A DNA stretch of 50,022 nt, the filler included, from Stramenopiles sp. TOSAG23-3 (Eukaryota): the NCBI GenBank assembly GCA_900128585.1. It is 4 parts of 4 records of this genome, joined end to end, with 100 filler letters (N's around TTAATTAATTAA, not from the genome) between each part and the next. Parts side by side here need not be neighbours in the genome. Positions count along the whole stretch, not along the records: positions 1 to 22,888 come from LT642324.1; positions 22,989 to 45,826 come from LT642325.1; 2 more parts are not named here. One strand, 5' to 3'. The notes below the pieces were generated by a model. That model was given only the letters and a program-made list of their open reading frames with translations, was not told the origin of the DNA and did no database searches. How positions within the stretch are numbered: position 1 is the first letter of the stretch; each line of letters starts with the position of its first letter. A program made the translations under genes and the position numbers. Shown here piece by piece: positions 20,536-30,109 of this stretch.

Positions 20536-20700
20536 GCCTCCTCCTTTTTCCTCCTTTCCTCCTTCCTTCCTCCTTCCTTCCTCCTTCTTTCTTCCGGTCC
20601 TGGCTCCTGGCTCCCCTGGCTCCCCTGGCTCCTGGCTCCGGTCCTGGCTCTTGGCTCTTGGCTCCGGTCCTGGCTCCTGGCTCTTGGCTCCGGTCCTCCT
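20536..20700. repeat. Pyrimidine-rich minisatellite: (CCTCCTT)n followed by (CCTGGCT/CTTGGCT)n with CCGGT spacers
   Basis: Directly visible heptamer tandem units. Confidence 0.85.
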
Positions 20701-20923
20701 CCTCTATCTGGCCTTTTTCTTTCTTCTTCTTTTTTTAGCTTTTCTTTTCTTTTCCTTATTTATATGTACATTACATCAGTTGTCTAAAGCAACGAAAAAA
20801 TAAAAGATATCATCTTCTATCATAAATAGATTGAACCTTCTTCTTGATCATGACTTTGTTAGACTATAGGGTACATTACATTCTATTCGACCTTCTTAGG
20901 TACGAAGTACCTACGAGGAAGTC

Positions 20924-21191
20924 GAAGAAGAGAAGAAGAAGAAGAAGAAGAAGAAGAAGAAGAAGAAGAAGAAAGAAGATGAAGAAGAAGAAGAAAGAAG
21001 AAGAAGAAAGAAGAAGAAAGAAGAAGAAAGAAGATGAAGAAGAAGAAGAAAGAAGAAGAAGAAAGAAGAAGAAGAAAGAAGAAGAAAGAAGAAGAAAGAA
21101 GAAGAAAGAAGAAGAAAGAAGAAGAAGAAGAAAGAAGAAAGAAGAAGAAGAAAGAAGAAGAAGAAAGAAGAAGAAAGAAGAAGAAAGAAAG
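20924..21191. repeat. (GAA)n / (GAAAGAAGAA)n polypurine microsatellite
   Basis: About 270 bp composed almost entirely of G and A. Confidence 0.95.
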
Positions 21192-21258
21192 ATAATTAAT
21201 AAAAGAGCTATTTACAAATGCTCCACTTTTTGTCGACACTTTAGGGTTATCAATAGGG

Positions 21259-21752
21259 TAGTAATAAAATTGAAATATGTTATAATATCCCTTAACATTA
21301 ATAGCAGTTCACGTAAACATGAAGTATTCTGGAGAAGGAAAAACGGTTCACCAGTATATGAATGATGAATTAGCAATAGATATTATGCACGTTGAAAATG
21401 AAGCAAAACATAAACTTGAGAAAGAGTAACCAGGCCTGTACTTTGAGTGTTGTGGAGAATTTCTCCACTGGTCGGCAAGGTATAAAAACATGAAAGAGAT
21501 GACACCTCACGTATGTTACATTGCTGGTGAAAATGAACATTCTTCTAGTGACACCCCTGGTGAAATAGTACCTGCTGGTGAAAATGAACATTCTTCTAGT
21601 GACACCCCTAAAAGGCTTATGAAAGATAAATGCAAGGTTGGGTTTAGAACAGATAGACAAATTGTAGTCTTTGAACCATATAGACACAAGTGGAAATGGA
21701 TCGATGGTATATATAGATATGTAAGGTTAGTAATAAAATTGAAATATGTTAT
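21259..21752. repeat. Direct repeats: 25 bp (21259-21283 / 21728-21752) and 37 bp (21522-21558 / 21573-21609)
   Basis: TAGTAATAAAATTGAAATATGTTAT twice, and TGCTGGTGAAAATGAACATTCTTCTAGTGACACCCCT twice with a 51-bp period. Confidence 0.85.
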
Positions 21753-21918
21753 CATACGAAGTGACGCACGTCTTTAAATACTTTCCTCAAATTATCGCAG
21801 GTTACGACGATGGAAAAGATGAAGCTGAAAAGAAAGATTTTTTAGAAGAATTGGAATTGGAGGAAGCAGACTTAAAAGAAAATGAAGACAAAAGAGCACA
21901 AGCCGTAACGCATTGAAC

Positions 21919-21966
21919 TCAAAACCCGCAATCAAAACCCGCAATCAAAACCCGCAATCAAAACCT
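21919..21966. repeat. 13-bp tandem repeat (TCAAAACCCGCAA) x3.5
   Basis: Directly visible. Confidence 0.9.
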
Positions 21967-22547
21967 GTTACGCCAACACGAAACAAGCATAGCCGTGAAG
22001 AGGATGGGTCCAGCGAATCTCCAGCGAAGAAATTAAGCAAAAAAGTTTCCTTTGTCTTCTCCTGCTGGAACCCGCCGTTATCCGAAAGTTTGTAATCCTA
22101 AATTGTCAGCTATGTTTTGGTCGAAATTTCCGCTAAAAAGTGGATCGGCCCGAATGCCACGGTCGCCTTTCAAAGTGATCCAGCCCGAGCCCTCAATGCT
22201 ATTTGGTTCGCCTTGGTACGAACAAGGTGTTTTTATACGAAATTATGCTTATGTCGTATCAAGTATCTTGGCCATAATACTTGGGCCGCCATGTCGCAAG
22301 TTTTGGTAAATAACGTTCACGTTTAGCCGTAAATAATTCTTTTTGCTTCTTAAACGAGCTTGTTCAATCAGCTTCATAAATAATCCCGCCTTGACATACT
22401 CCTCATATTTTTTGGATTTTTCTGAATATGTGTCTTGTTGAAACATTTCTTTGGCGCGACCGATACCATCGTCCAGCTTAGCCAAGAGGATTTTCATCCA
22501 AAAGTTCAGGGTTTCGACGAATTCCTTGGGCTTGCTTGTGCTGCGGA

Positions 22548-22665
22548 TCTTGTGCGTGCTGCGGGACTTGGGGTCGGACTGCTTCTTGTGCGTGCTGCGG
22601 GACTTGGGGTCGGACTGCTTCTTGTGCGTGCTGCGGGACTTTGGGTTGGACTGCTTCTTGTGTGC
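22548..22665. repeat. 36-bp tandem repeat x~3.3
   Basis: TCTTGTGCGTGCTGCGGGACTTGGGGTCGGACTGCT repeated head-to-tail with no spacers. Confidence 0.9.
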
Positions 22666-22888
22666 ACATTATACACACACAAACTATTTTTTCCTTTCCT
22701 GTTGTTTTGTCGACAACTGTCTCGTATGGACCATGTTTTGGTGGTTTTAAATTTGGGTTCAATTCATACCCTGACTCCTTGACAGTAATCAATGCTCCCA
22801 TCATTTCAAACATTTCTTTATGCTTTTCTAGTCTCCAATTGTCATGAGAAAATTTATAGAGGTCCAAATTCCGTCGTTTTAACACAGC

Positions 22889-22988
22889 NNNNNNNNNNNN
22901 NNNNNNNNNNNNNNNNNNNNNNNNNNNNNNNNTTAATTAATTAANNNNNNNNNNNNNNNNNNNNNNNNNNNNNNNNNNNNNNNNNNNN
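22889..22988. other. Artificial contig linker N44-TTAATTAATTAA-N44
   Basis: Palindromic six-frame-stop 12-mer flanked by 44 N on each side, identical to the other two linkers. Confidence 0.97.
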
Positions 22989-23272
22989 GAAGAAGAAGAA
23001 GAAGAAGAAGAAGAAGAAGAAGAAGAAGAAGAAGAAGAAGAAGAAAGAAGAAGAAAGAAGAAGAATAAAAAGAAGAAGAGGAAGAAGAGGAAGAAGAAGA
23101 AGCGAAGAAGAAGAAGAAGAAGAAGAAGAAGAAGAAGAAGAAGAAGAAAGAAGAAGAAGGAAGAAGAAGAAGAAGGAAAAAGAAGAAGGAAAAAGAAGAA
23201 GAAGAAGAAAAGAAGAAAAAGAAAAGAAGAAGAAGAAAAGAAAAGAAGAAAGAAGAAGAAGAAAAGAGAAGA
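22989..23272. repeat. (GAA)n polypurine microsatellite at contig start
   Basis: Pure G/A tract, a likely cause of the assembly break. Confidence 0.95.
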
Positions 23273-24080
23273 ATGCTTCTTTCTTCTTCTTCTCCTTCCG
23301 GTGCTTGTACTTGTACTTGGTATTAATACCCCACCATGGGATAGTAGGTGGGTGTCGTGTTGTCTTCATCCGTTTGCTTCTTCTAAATGTCACTATTTAT
23401 TATTATTATTTTTAACTGTTGTTAATCATCTACTTCCTGACCTGACATATAGAAATAGGACAGTAGTGTACATTTATATAGGAGATATATATATATTATA
23501 CAAATACAAGTACAAAATTAATCAAACTTTTTCTCTTCTTTGCTCTTGTTATGTTAATGAGGCTGATGCCCTTGTCTTGTCATCCAATCAAATGATCTCA
23601 TTATTACTAAAAACTTAAGTCTACTATTTATTATAGTTAATTATCATTTAATAATACCTATCTATATACGAATACGTATATGTAATTCAAATCTGCACAC
23701 TATTTAAGCAAATACTATATCCTTCTAATAACTATTACCCTATATGTATAATATATACTAATTATACTATAACTACAACGTCATCATTTAAATTCTTTTT
23801 TTTTGCTTCTTCTTCTTCTTGCTTGCATAATAAATAATTCAGAGTGCCTTACTTACTCTCTCTTAAAGAATCGGTCTGTCAGTCTGTCGGTGGGTTTACT
23901 TTTTCATTGGCATCTTCATAATGGTATGGTATAGGAGATTTAAATCCTTTAACTGATCCGTCTTTTTTTAGGAAAAACTTGTAGAAGGAGAGGCATTGTA
24001 AATTGTGTAGATCGATCGTTTAAAATACGTACATACACACACACACACACAAAGCGTTCATTCTTTGGTTCGGTTTTGGT

Positions 24081-25040
24081 ATGCCGTCCGTGTACTTTGC
24101 AGTAGGTTACTGTTTTCTGTTGGTGGCGTTCGTTCGGGGACAATCCTTTGAGCCCCACTTGCACCCAAAGTCGGAGAGGCCTAGGCGACAGCTGTCTGAA
24201 GGCTTTCATGCAGATATAGATGATATTACAATATCTGCTGGTTTCCAGCACTCGTGCGGGGTGCAGTCCAGCGGAGAGGAGTTTGGCGGGACCCTGACAT
24301 GCTGGGGGTTCAACCAAAAAGGGCAAGCCGCCCCTCCAAGTGGGACCTTTATTCAAGTTAGTTGTGGAAATTTTCATTCGTGTGGTTTGACGATCGACGA
24401 GGAAATCAAATGCTGGGGGGCCGCGGGCGTTGGGATGAGCGTCGAAGGGCAATTCTTACAGGTTAGCGCCGGTGGCTTTCACACCTGTGCCGTGAAGAAG
24501 AACGGCCAGTTGCAGTGCTGGGGCAAGGACTACGAAGGGCAAGTCAGCAACATGCCCGAGGGCACCTTCGTCCAAGTCTCGGCCGGAAAATCGCACAACT
24601 GTGCCATTAAAACCGACGGGACGGCAAAATGCTGGGGTAGCAACCAATGGGGGGAGTCCCAACCCCCCGAAGGCCATCAGTTTGTGCAAATATCGGCGAG
24701 TTTGTGGCACCACACGTGCGGTGTTACAATTGATGGCGACGTTCTCTGCTGGGGTGCCGACGGTTTTGGCCAATCCGGAAAGGTTCCCGAGCAAACCTTC
24801 ACCATGGTGAGTACCGGGCGAAAGTTCACTTGCGGTATCCTGGCAAGCACCGAAGCGATATGCTGGGGCATGGAAACCCAATTTGATACCACTATCGTCC
24901 CCCAAGATACGACGTGGGCAACGCTGTCTTCTGGATACATGCACAGCTGCGGTGTTACCATGGACAACAAAGCGATCTGCTGGGGAAATGACGTAGGTAC
25001 ACAGGCAAGCGTACCGAACTCGTACATCCCAGCGATTTAA
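24081..25040 (+). CDS. Secreted RCC1/BLIP-II-like (crinkly-repeat type) 7-bladed beta-propeller protein
   Basis: Hydrophobic signal peptide, then seven ~37-aa repeats F.QVS.G..H.C.....G...CWG. No kinase or TM domain. Confidence 0.88.
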   Translation: MPSVYFAVGYCFLLVAFVRGQSFEPHLHPKSERPRRQLSEGFHADIDDITISAGFQHSCGVQSSGEEFGGTLTCWGFNQKGQAAPPSGTFIQVSCGNFHSCGLTIDEEIKCWGAAGVGMSVEGQFLQVSAGGFHTCAVKKNGQLQCWGKDYEGQVSNMPEGTFVQVSAGKSHNCAIKTDGTAKCWGSNQWGESQPPEGHQFVQISASLWHHTCGVTIDGDVLCWGADGFGQSGKVPEQTFTMVSTGRKFTCGILASTEAICWGMETQFDTTIVPQDTTWATLSSGYMHSCGVTMDNKAICWGNDVGTQASVPNSYIPAI

Positions 25041-25425
25041 CTTTGAACCGCGCACGGTGTCTTAAAAATCCACTGGTTACCCGTACACATATAATTCCTA
25101 ATTCTTATTATTTTTACATCAAATTGAAACATTCGTGCGTGTACTTAATTTTATAATTTTTAGATATTTAATTTTGGTTTTTTTTAAATAATTTAAATAT
25201 CCCGCTTTGGTCTAATTTCGCCTAACTTTTTCTAACTTTTCCTAACGCAAATATAAATAATAATTTATTAGAGTTTTTTTAAAGGATAATACATAATTTG
25301 TTTTTTAATAATGGTCATATCACATGACGAATCAACAGCTCTACACAATTACTCTTAGGCGCAATTGGTTTTCTAAACATTCTGGTCAGCTCCGCAATGG
25401 CGTGTCGCCACCGCATTCATTCTAC

Positions 25426-26280
25426 TCAAGATAAAAGAATTGCTAGCGCATTTTCCACATTGCCACCGCATGCATCAAGGGTCTGTGCAGCCTGTGCTCT
25501 TGGGAACCCCATGCCTATGAGTTGCTCCAAGGCCCCCTCGGGCGCTGTGGACGCTGTCGGCGCCCTGGCAGTGGGCGCAGGCGCCTCTACCCTCTGGGCC
25601 CTTGGGGCCGCAGCCTTCGCCGGCGGGGATTTTACGGTTTCTACATGTACAGGGGGCGCCTTGGCTTTGGGCTTTGCCGTGCTTGCAGCGCGTTTTGACG
25701 CATTCGGCGAACGTTTTTCAAGCGCGGCAAGGCGAGCAGCGCGCATTTCTTCTCGCGTCATCTGTTTTGAAGAAGAGGCTGCACCAGCGCTCAGCTTCGT
25801 GCCTTTCGTTGCTGTCCAGTCACCGCACTCTTGCTGCCACTGCTTCAGTGTCTTGGACACGTCTGTGCCTTGGGCGCTCTGAATCACAAGTTCTCTCACT
25901 TGTCGGTTCGGGGCAAGAGCCTTTCCATCTTTGTCAATAACACACAGTGTTGGAATACCTTTGATATCGTACTCTTGGGATAAGTTTGACAAGTCGCTTT
26001 CCCCAAACTTTATTGCCAAATAGTCCCCATGATCGTTCTGAAAGTAAGACATCATTTCTTCCTCGTTTTTATCATTGCTAACGAAGACGATCTCAATTTT
26101 GTGGCCATTTCCTTTCATTTTGGAATAAAATTCTTTGAGCATTGGGGTAAACTGCTTACAAGGAGGGCACCAGTGTGCTGAGAAATATAAAAACACAACT
26201 TTCGAGTTGAGTTCCCTGGAAGCACTCACCTCATTGCCGCTTTTGTTAATAAGCCTCGTAGACTTCAACCTAACGCTCAT
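25426..26280 (-). CDS. Nucleoredoxin/tryparedoxin-like thioredoxin with C-terminal UBA domain
   Basis: LYFSAHWCPPCKQFTP, EIVFVSND and IKGIPTL motifs. C-terminal LEQLIGMGFPRAQAAQTLDACGGNVENALAILLS is a UBA domain (MGF loop). Confidence 0.92.
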   Translation of the reverse strand: MSVRLKSTRLINKSGNEVSASRELNSKVVFLYFSAHWCPPCKQFTPMLKEFYSKMKGNGHKIEIVFVSNDKNEEEMMSYFQNDHGDYLAIKFGESDLSNLSQEYDIKGIPTLCVIDKDGKALAPNRQVRELVIQSAQGTDVSKTLKQWQQECGDWTATKGTKLSAGAASSSKQMTREEMRAARLAALEKRSPNASKRAASTAKPKAKAPPVHVETVKSPPAKAAAPRAQRVEAPAPTARAPTASTAPEGALEQLIGMGFPRAQAAQTLDACGGNVENALAILLS

Positions 26281-26999
26281 GTACGAATTCTATATTGAGT
26301 GTTCTTTACTATGAAATTCGTTGTGCCTAATTTTCTTTTTAAACGAAGTCTGGCTGAAGATTTCTCGGTTTACTCTCTCTCTCTCTCTTGATTCGTGATA
26401 ACAATCCTGAAATTGTTGATTTTGCCAATGTAATTGTTCCGTAAGAAAAGAAATGAAAAGGAGGAATGAATGTGGTGGGTGCTGTTTTTCTTCTTCTTAT
26501 TATTATTATTATTTTTTTATTAATTAAGAAGAAGTACTACGACGAAGAAGGTATAAAAATAATAATATAACATAATACAGGCTTCCTTCTATCTCACGCA
26601 CAACAAACAAAAAAAAACAAAAACAAAAAAGTAGCTGGTGCAGCGAGAACAGGAAGACGACAGAGTTCGGTAGATATTCGAGGTACGGTATTAATACCTG
26701 TACCGGTACGGTAGTAGTGAAATACAAAAATTATAATCTCGTCGGCTTTCCTACCCCCGCCACGTCATGCCCAACTCCGCCTAAGCCCTGTGCTGTGTAG
26801 ATGTCTATCACACCCTATTATTATATTATCAAAACACCTCTGTCTCTACTCTTGTTAGTACCAAGGGTAGTAAATAATATTTTAATAATAATTGAATACT
26901 TTGAAGATTGTTTTCTTATTTTTATTAATCTAGTACGGCAGTACGGCTCATTTATCTATTGAAATACCACCACAATTGGAGGAGAGCATTCTTCTCTTT

Positions 27000-29150
27000 C
27001 TACTGGAAAAGATCGTCATCATCGTCCGAAGATATTTCAATCACTCCCATGGGGGGGGACTCTGGTCGTTTCTTTTTCTTTCTTGGTTTTGAAGCAGTGG
27101 ATGATGTTCGGGACGATGACGAACTTTGGCCAGCGCCGCCGGCAACCTTTCGCTTTTTGCTACCTCCTTTGGGTTCTTGGTCTATTTGCAATCGGAAGGG
27201 CGGCGAGCACCTGCTTCGCCACTTTGCGCCCTTAGATGATAGAGAGACGTACGCGTTCCAACTATATGATGTGCTGACAAAAACTTCTCGAAAGACGTCT
27301 TGCAGAATCATATGTACAACTATTTTCATCAGATTGTCGTTTGAAACTTCACTCGGGGCCCGCAGCTGCTCTAATGCTGGATTGGACCCCCCAAGCGCTT
27401 CTTTCAGTTCTTTGGATATTGGGCCTACGCCTCGCCAGCACTCGACCAACTGGATCATACTCACGTTTTGCCTCAGGCCTAACGAGTGAATGCGGGCGAG
27501 GAGGTCAATCACACGTTTTGCAGCGCCTGTGGCGTTGTACGCCATGGTGCTTTCATCTCCGTTGCTGCGATTGCCTTGGCAAACATCACATCGCTGGTTA
27601 CAATTGATGTTCCGGACAGATTCCCCCAATGCCTTCGCCATTGCTGTCCGGCGACACTCCTTGCCGTCTGACTCACAAAACGTGCCTATGAACGTGTATA
27701 GTTTCTCTCGTGCTACCTTTTTGTTGCTCGAATCATGAATGAGCGATGAAACTTTCGGAATGTCTTCTCGTCTATAAAACAATGTGCAACGGGCCAGCTT
27801 CCCATCCCTCCCGGCTCTGCCAGATTCCTGCAAATAGGTTTCCAGCGTTTTTGAAATAGTTGCATGAATAACAAACCGAACGTTTGGCTTGTCGATCCCC
27901 ATACCAAATGCTACCGTGGCAACAATAACCATTAGCACGCCACGTCTCCATAACTCGTGCGTTTCGTTTTTGTCTCCGTCGTCCAAACCGGCGTGGTAGG
28001 GAGCAGCATTAATTTTTCTCTTGTTCAAAGCAGCCGCTACCTTTTCCGCGTCCTGCCTGGAATGGACGTACACCAAGCCACACGCAGACTGGCCATTGTT
28101 AATGGTTGTTTCGCACGTGTGAATCTCTTCCAAAATTCCCTCAATGAATTTGTTAAAATTTTTCTCTTTGCGTTTCACTGCGTATAGCAAGTTCGGCCGA
28201 TCGAATCCCCCAAGGAAAAGTTCAGTGTGCTTCATTTTCAGGGCCTTCTGGACATCTCGCCGCACATTGGCCGTCGCGGTGGCTGTGAGGGCCATCAACG
28301 GGATTTTGTCGATTGATTGGGAAGTCCGGAGCACATCCAAGCGGCGGTATGCCGGCCGAAAATCGCAGCCCCACTGAGAAACACAGTGCGCCTCGTCGAC
28401 CACGAAGCGATTGACCCGTCCTAATTTTGCAGCACGCTGAAGTTGGGACATAAAGCGCTTGCTCTTGTCTATTTTTTCCGGTGTCACATATATTATTTTC
28501 AAACTACTCTTCGGATTTACCATGTCGGATAAAATTATTTTTGCCGTTTCCCTCGTCGTCGTCGAGTCAAACACCACGCAATTGACGCCGCGTTGACGCA
28601 ATGACAGAGCCTGGTCGTACGAAAGCGACACCAACGGCGATATCACTACTGTGAACCCCTTCTCCAACACCGCCGGTACCTGGAAACACAAAGACTTCCC
28701 GCCACCAGTTGGTTTAACTAAGAATACATCAGTTTTTGACATTGTAGCGTTGATTGCCTCCCTCTGGTGAGCTCGAAACCCGCTCTGGATACCGAAAACG
28801 TTTTTCATGGTTCGAACTACGTCTTTGTCCCATGAAAACCGCTGCGACCATTGCCCGTCGGTTGATCGAGGAAGAAAGTCAAGCTCTTCTTGCTTCTGCG
28901 CAATTGCAGCTTGGATTGCACTCCTTTCATACTCCAGTGGCCGAAGCTGGGACTCTAACTCGTTGATCTTTTCGCTCACGGTTGCTAAATATGCATACTG
29001 CTGGCCAAGCTCTTTCTCTATTTTCTGTTTTTTCAAGTCTTGTTCACTTGAGGATGAAGACGATGCGTCTTCGACTCCATTTTGACCCGATGAGTTCTCC
29101 CCAGAAGTACCTTCGTCCGGGCAAGAGAGATCAATAAGAAGCCCAGACAT
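27000..29150 (-). CDS. RECQL: RecQ-family DNA helicase, RECQ1-like
   Basis: PTGGGKSLCFQ, VVDEAHCVSQWGCDFRPAY, ALTATA, ATVAFGMGIDKPNVRFVIH, QESGRAGRDG. Zn-binding CRR...C...CDVC and a winged-helix region follow. N-terminal coiled coil and no obvious HRDC, as in RECQ1. Confidence 0.9.
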   Translation of the reverse strand: MSGLLIDLSCPDEGTSGENSSGQNGVEDASSSSSSEQDLKKQKIEKELGQQYAYLATVSEKINELESQLRPLEYERSAIQAAIAQKQEELDFLPRSTDGQWSQRFSWDKDVVRTMKNVFGIQSGFRAHQREAINATMSKTDVFLVKPTGGGKSLCFQVPAVLEKGFTVVISPLVSLSYDQALSLRQRGVNCVVFDSTTTRETAKIILSDMVNPKSSLKIIYVTPEKIDKSKRFMSQLQRAAKLGRVNRFVVDEAHCVSQWGCDFRPAYRRLDVLRTSQSIDKIPLMALTATATANVRRDVQKALKMKHTELFLGGFDRPNLLYAVKRKEKNFNKFIEGILEEIHTCETTINNGQSACGLVYVHSRQDAEKVAAALNKRKINAAPYHAGLDDGDKNETHELWRRGVLMVIVATVAFGMGIDKPNVRFVIHATISKTLETYLQESGRAGRDGKLARCTLFYRREDIPKVSSLIHDSSNKKVAREKLYTFIGTFCESDGKECRRTAMAKALGESVRNINCNQRCDVCQGNRSNGDESTMAYNATGAAKRVIDLLARIHSLGLRQNVSMIQLVECWRGVGPISKELKEALGGSNPALEQLRAPSEVSNDNLMKIVVHMILQDVFREVFVSTSYSWNAYVSLSSKGAKWRSRCSPPFRLQIDQEPKGGSKKRKVAGGAGQSSSSSRTSSTASKPRKKKKRPESPPMGVIEISSDDDDDLFQ

Positions 29151-29395
29151 CTTCCGTGCCTAAACGCTTGGGCAAATCTCAGCACTCGGGCATGCATGTA
29201 CAAGAAGCGACAGTGGTTGGTTGGCTCTGCCTCGGTTTTATATTTAATTGAAAACTTTGAAGTACTCCAATGATCTAGATAATACACTAAACTTGATGAT
29301 TATTTGTATAAGATACATTTATTATTGTATGTATTACTGTGTTGAGATATGTATAGCTTTTATATATAAATAAATACTAATTCAAAGAGAAGTGT

Positions 29396-29530
29396 TTTTG
29401 TTTTTTTCGTTCTTCTCTTTTTTCCTTTTTTTTTCCTCTTTTCTTTTTTTTTTCTTCTTCTTCTTTTCTTCTTTCTTTTCTTCTTTCTTCTTCTTTTCTT
29501 CTTCTTTCTTTTCTTGTTGTTTTTTTTTGT
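29396..29530. repeat. T/C-rich (TTC)n low-complexity tract
   Basis: Polypyrimidine run in the RecQ-TRAPPC9 divergent spacer. Confidence 0.8.
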
Positions 29531-30109
29531 CGTCGTCATCGATCGCCGTTGTCTGTTGTCTATAATACACTCTATATATAATAAGTATATTATTTTATAT
29601 AAATACTATGAACAACAATAAATAAATAATGAAAATATAAATAGTAGAAGCGTATCTTTTTTTTAATTACTATTATATATAAATACATTATTACGTATAC
29701 TATGATAGTATTATAAAAATACAATGAAATAAATAATAGAACCTCATTATTATTATATCGTCTGTTATTACATTGTAATTATAAAATACAGCAGTTCTTC
29801 TTTTTTTTCTCTCTCTTCTTCTTCTCTCTTCCTTCTTCTTTCTTCTTTCTTCTTCTCTTATATTACTTTTTTATTATTAAAAAGTAATTTGAAGTAGTAT
29901 TTTAGTATTGATTGAATTATTTCACATAAATAAAATACATATATATATACGTATATGATTGATATTCCTTTGATTAAAAAAAAAAAAGAAGGTGTAAGTG
30001 TGTGTGTGGGCGAGAGAGAAGGAGATTGCGGATTGGCGAGCTCAAAAAGCATTTTCGTGGTTCATTTTCACCAAAAGTTGGTATTGAAATCGAGGGAGGG
30101 AAAACTAAA

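Noticed and set aside
20844-21365. Poly-R/K/E and poly-F/S ORFs (also 22941-23393, 29382-29570, 49562-49921)
   Set aside because: Translations of GAA/TTC microsatellites that simply lack stop codons.
22548-22665. 36-bp repeats as a CRISPR array
   Set aside because: Units are head-to-tail with no unique spacers, there are no cas genes, and the context is eukaryotic.
22933-22944. TTAATTAATTAA palindromes (also 45871 and 47969) as biological sites
   Set aside because: Each is flanked by exactly 44 N on both sides, so it is a synthetic six-frame-stop linker.
30002-30109. Non-ATG N-terminal extensions in the ORF track (also 42410, 36258, 49519)
   Set aside because: GTG/TTG starts are unlikely in this eukaryote, and homology begins after the first ATG.
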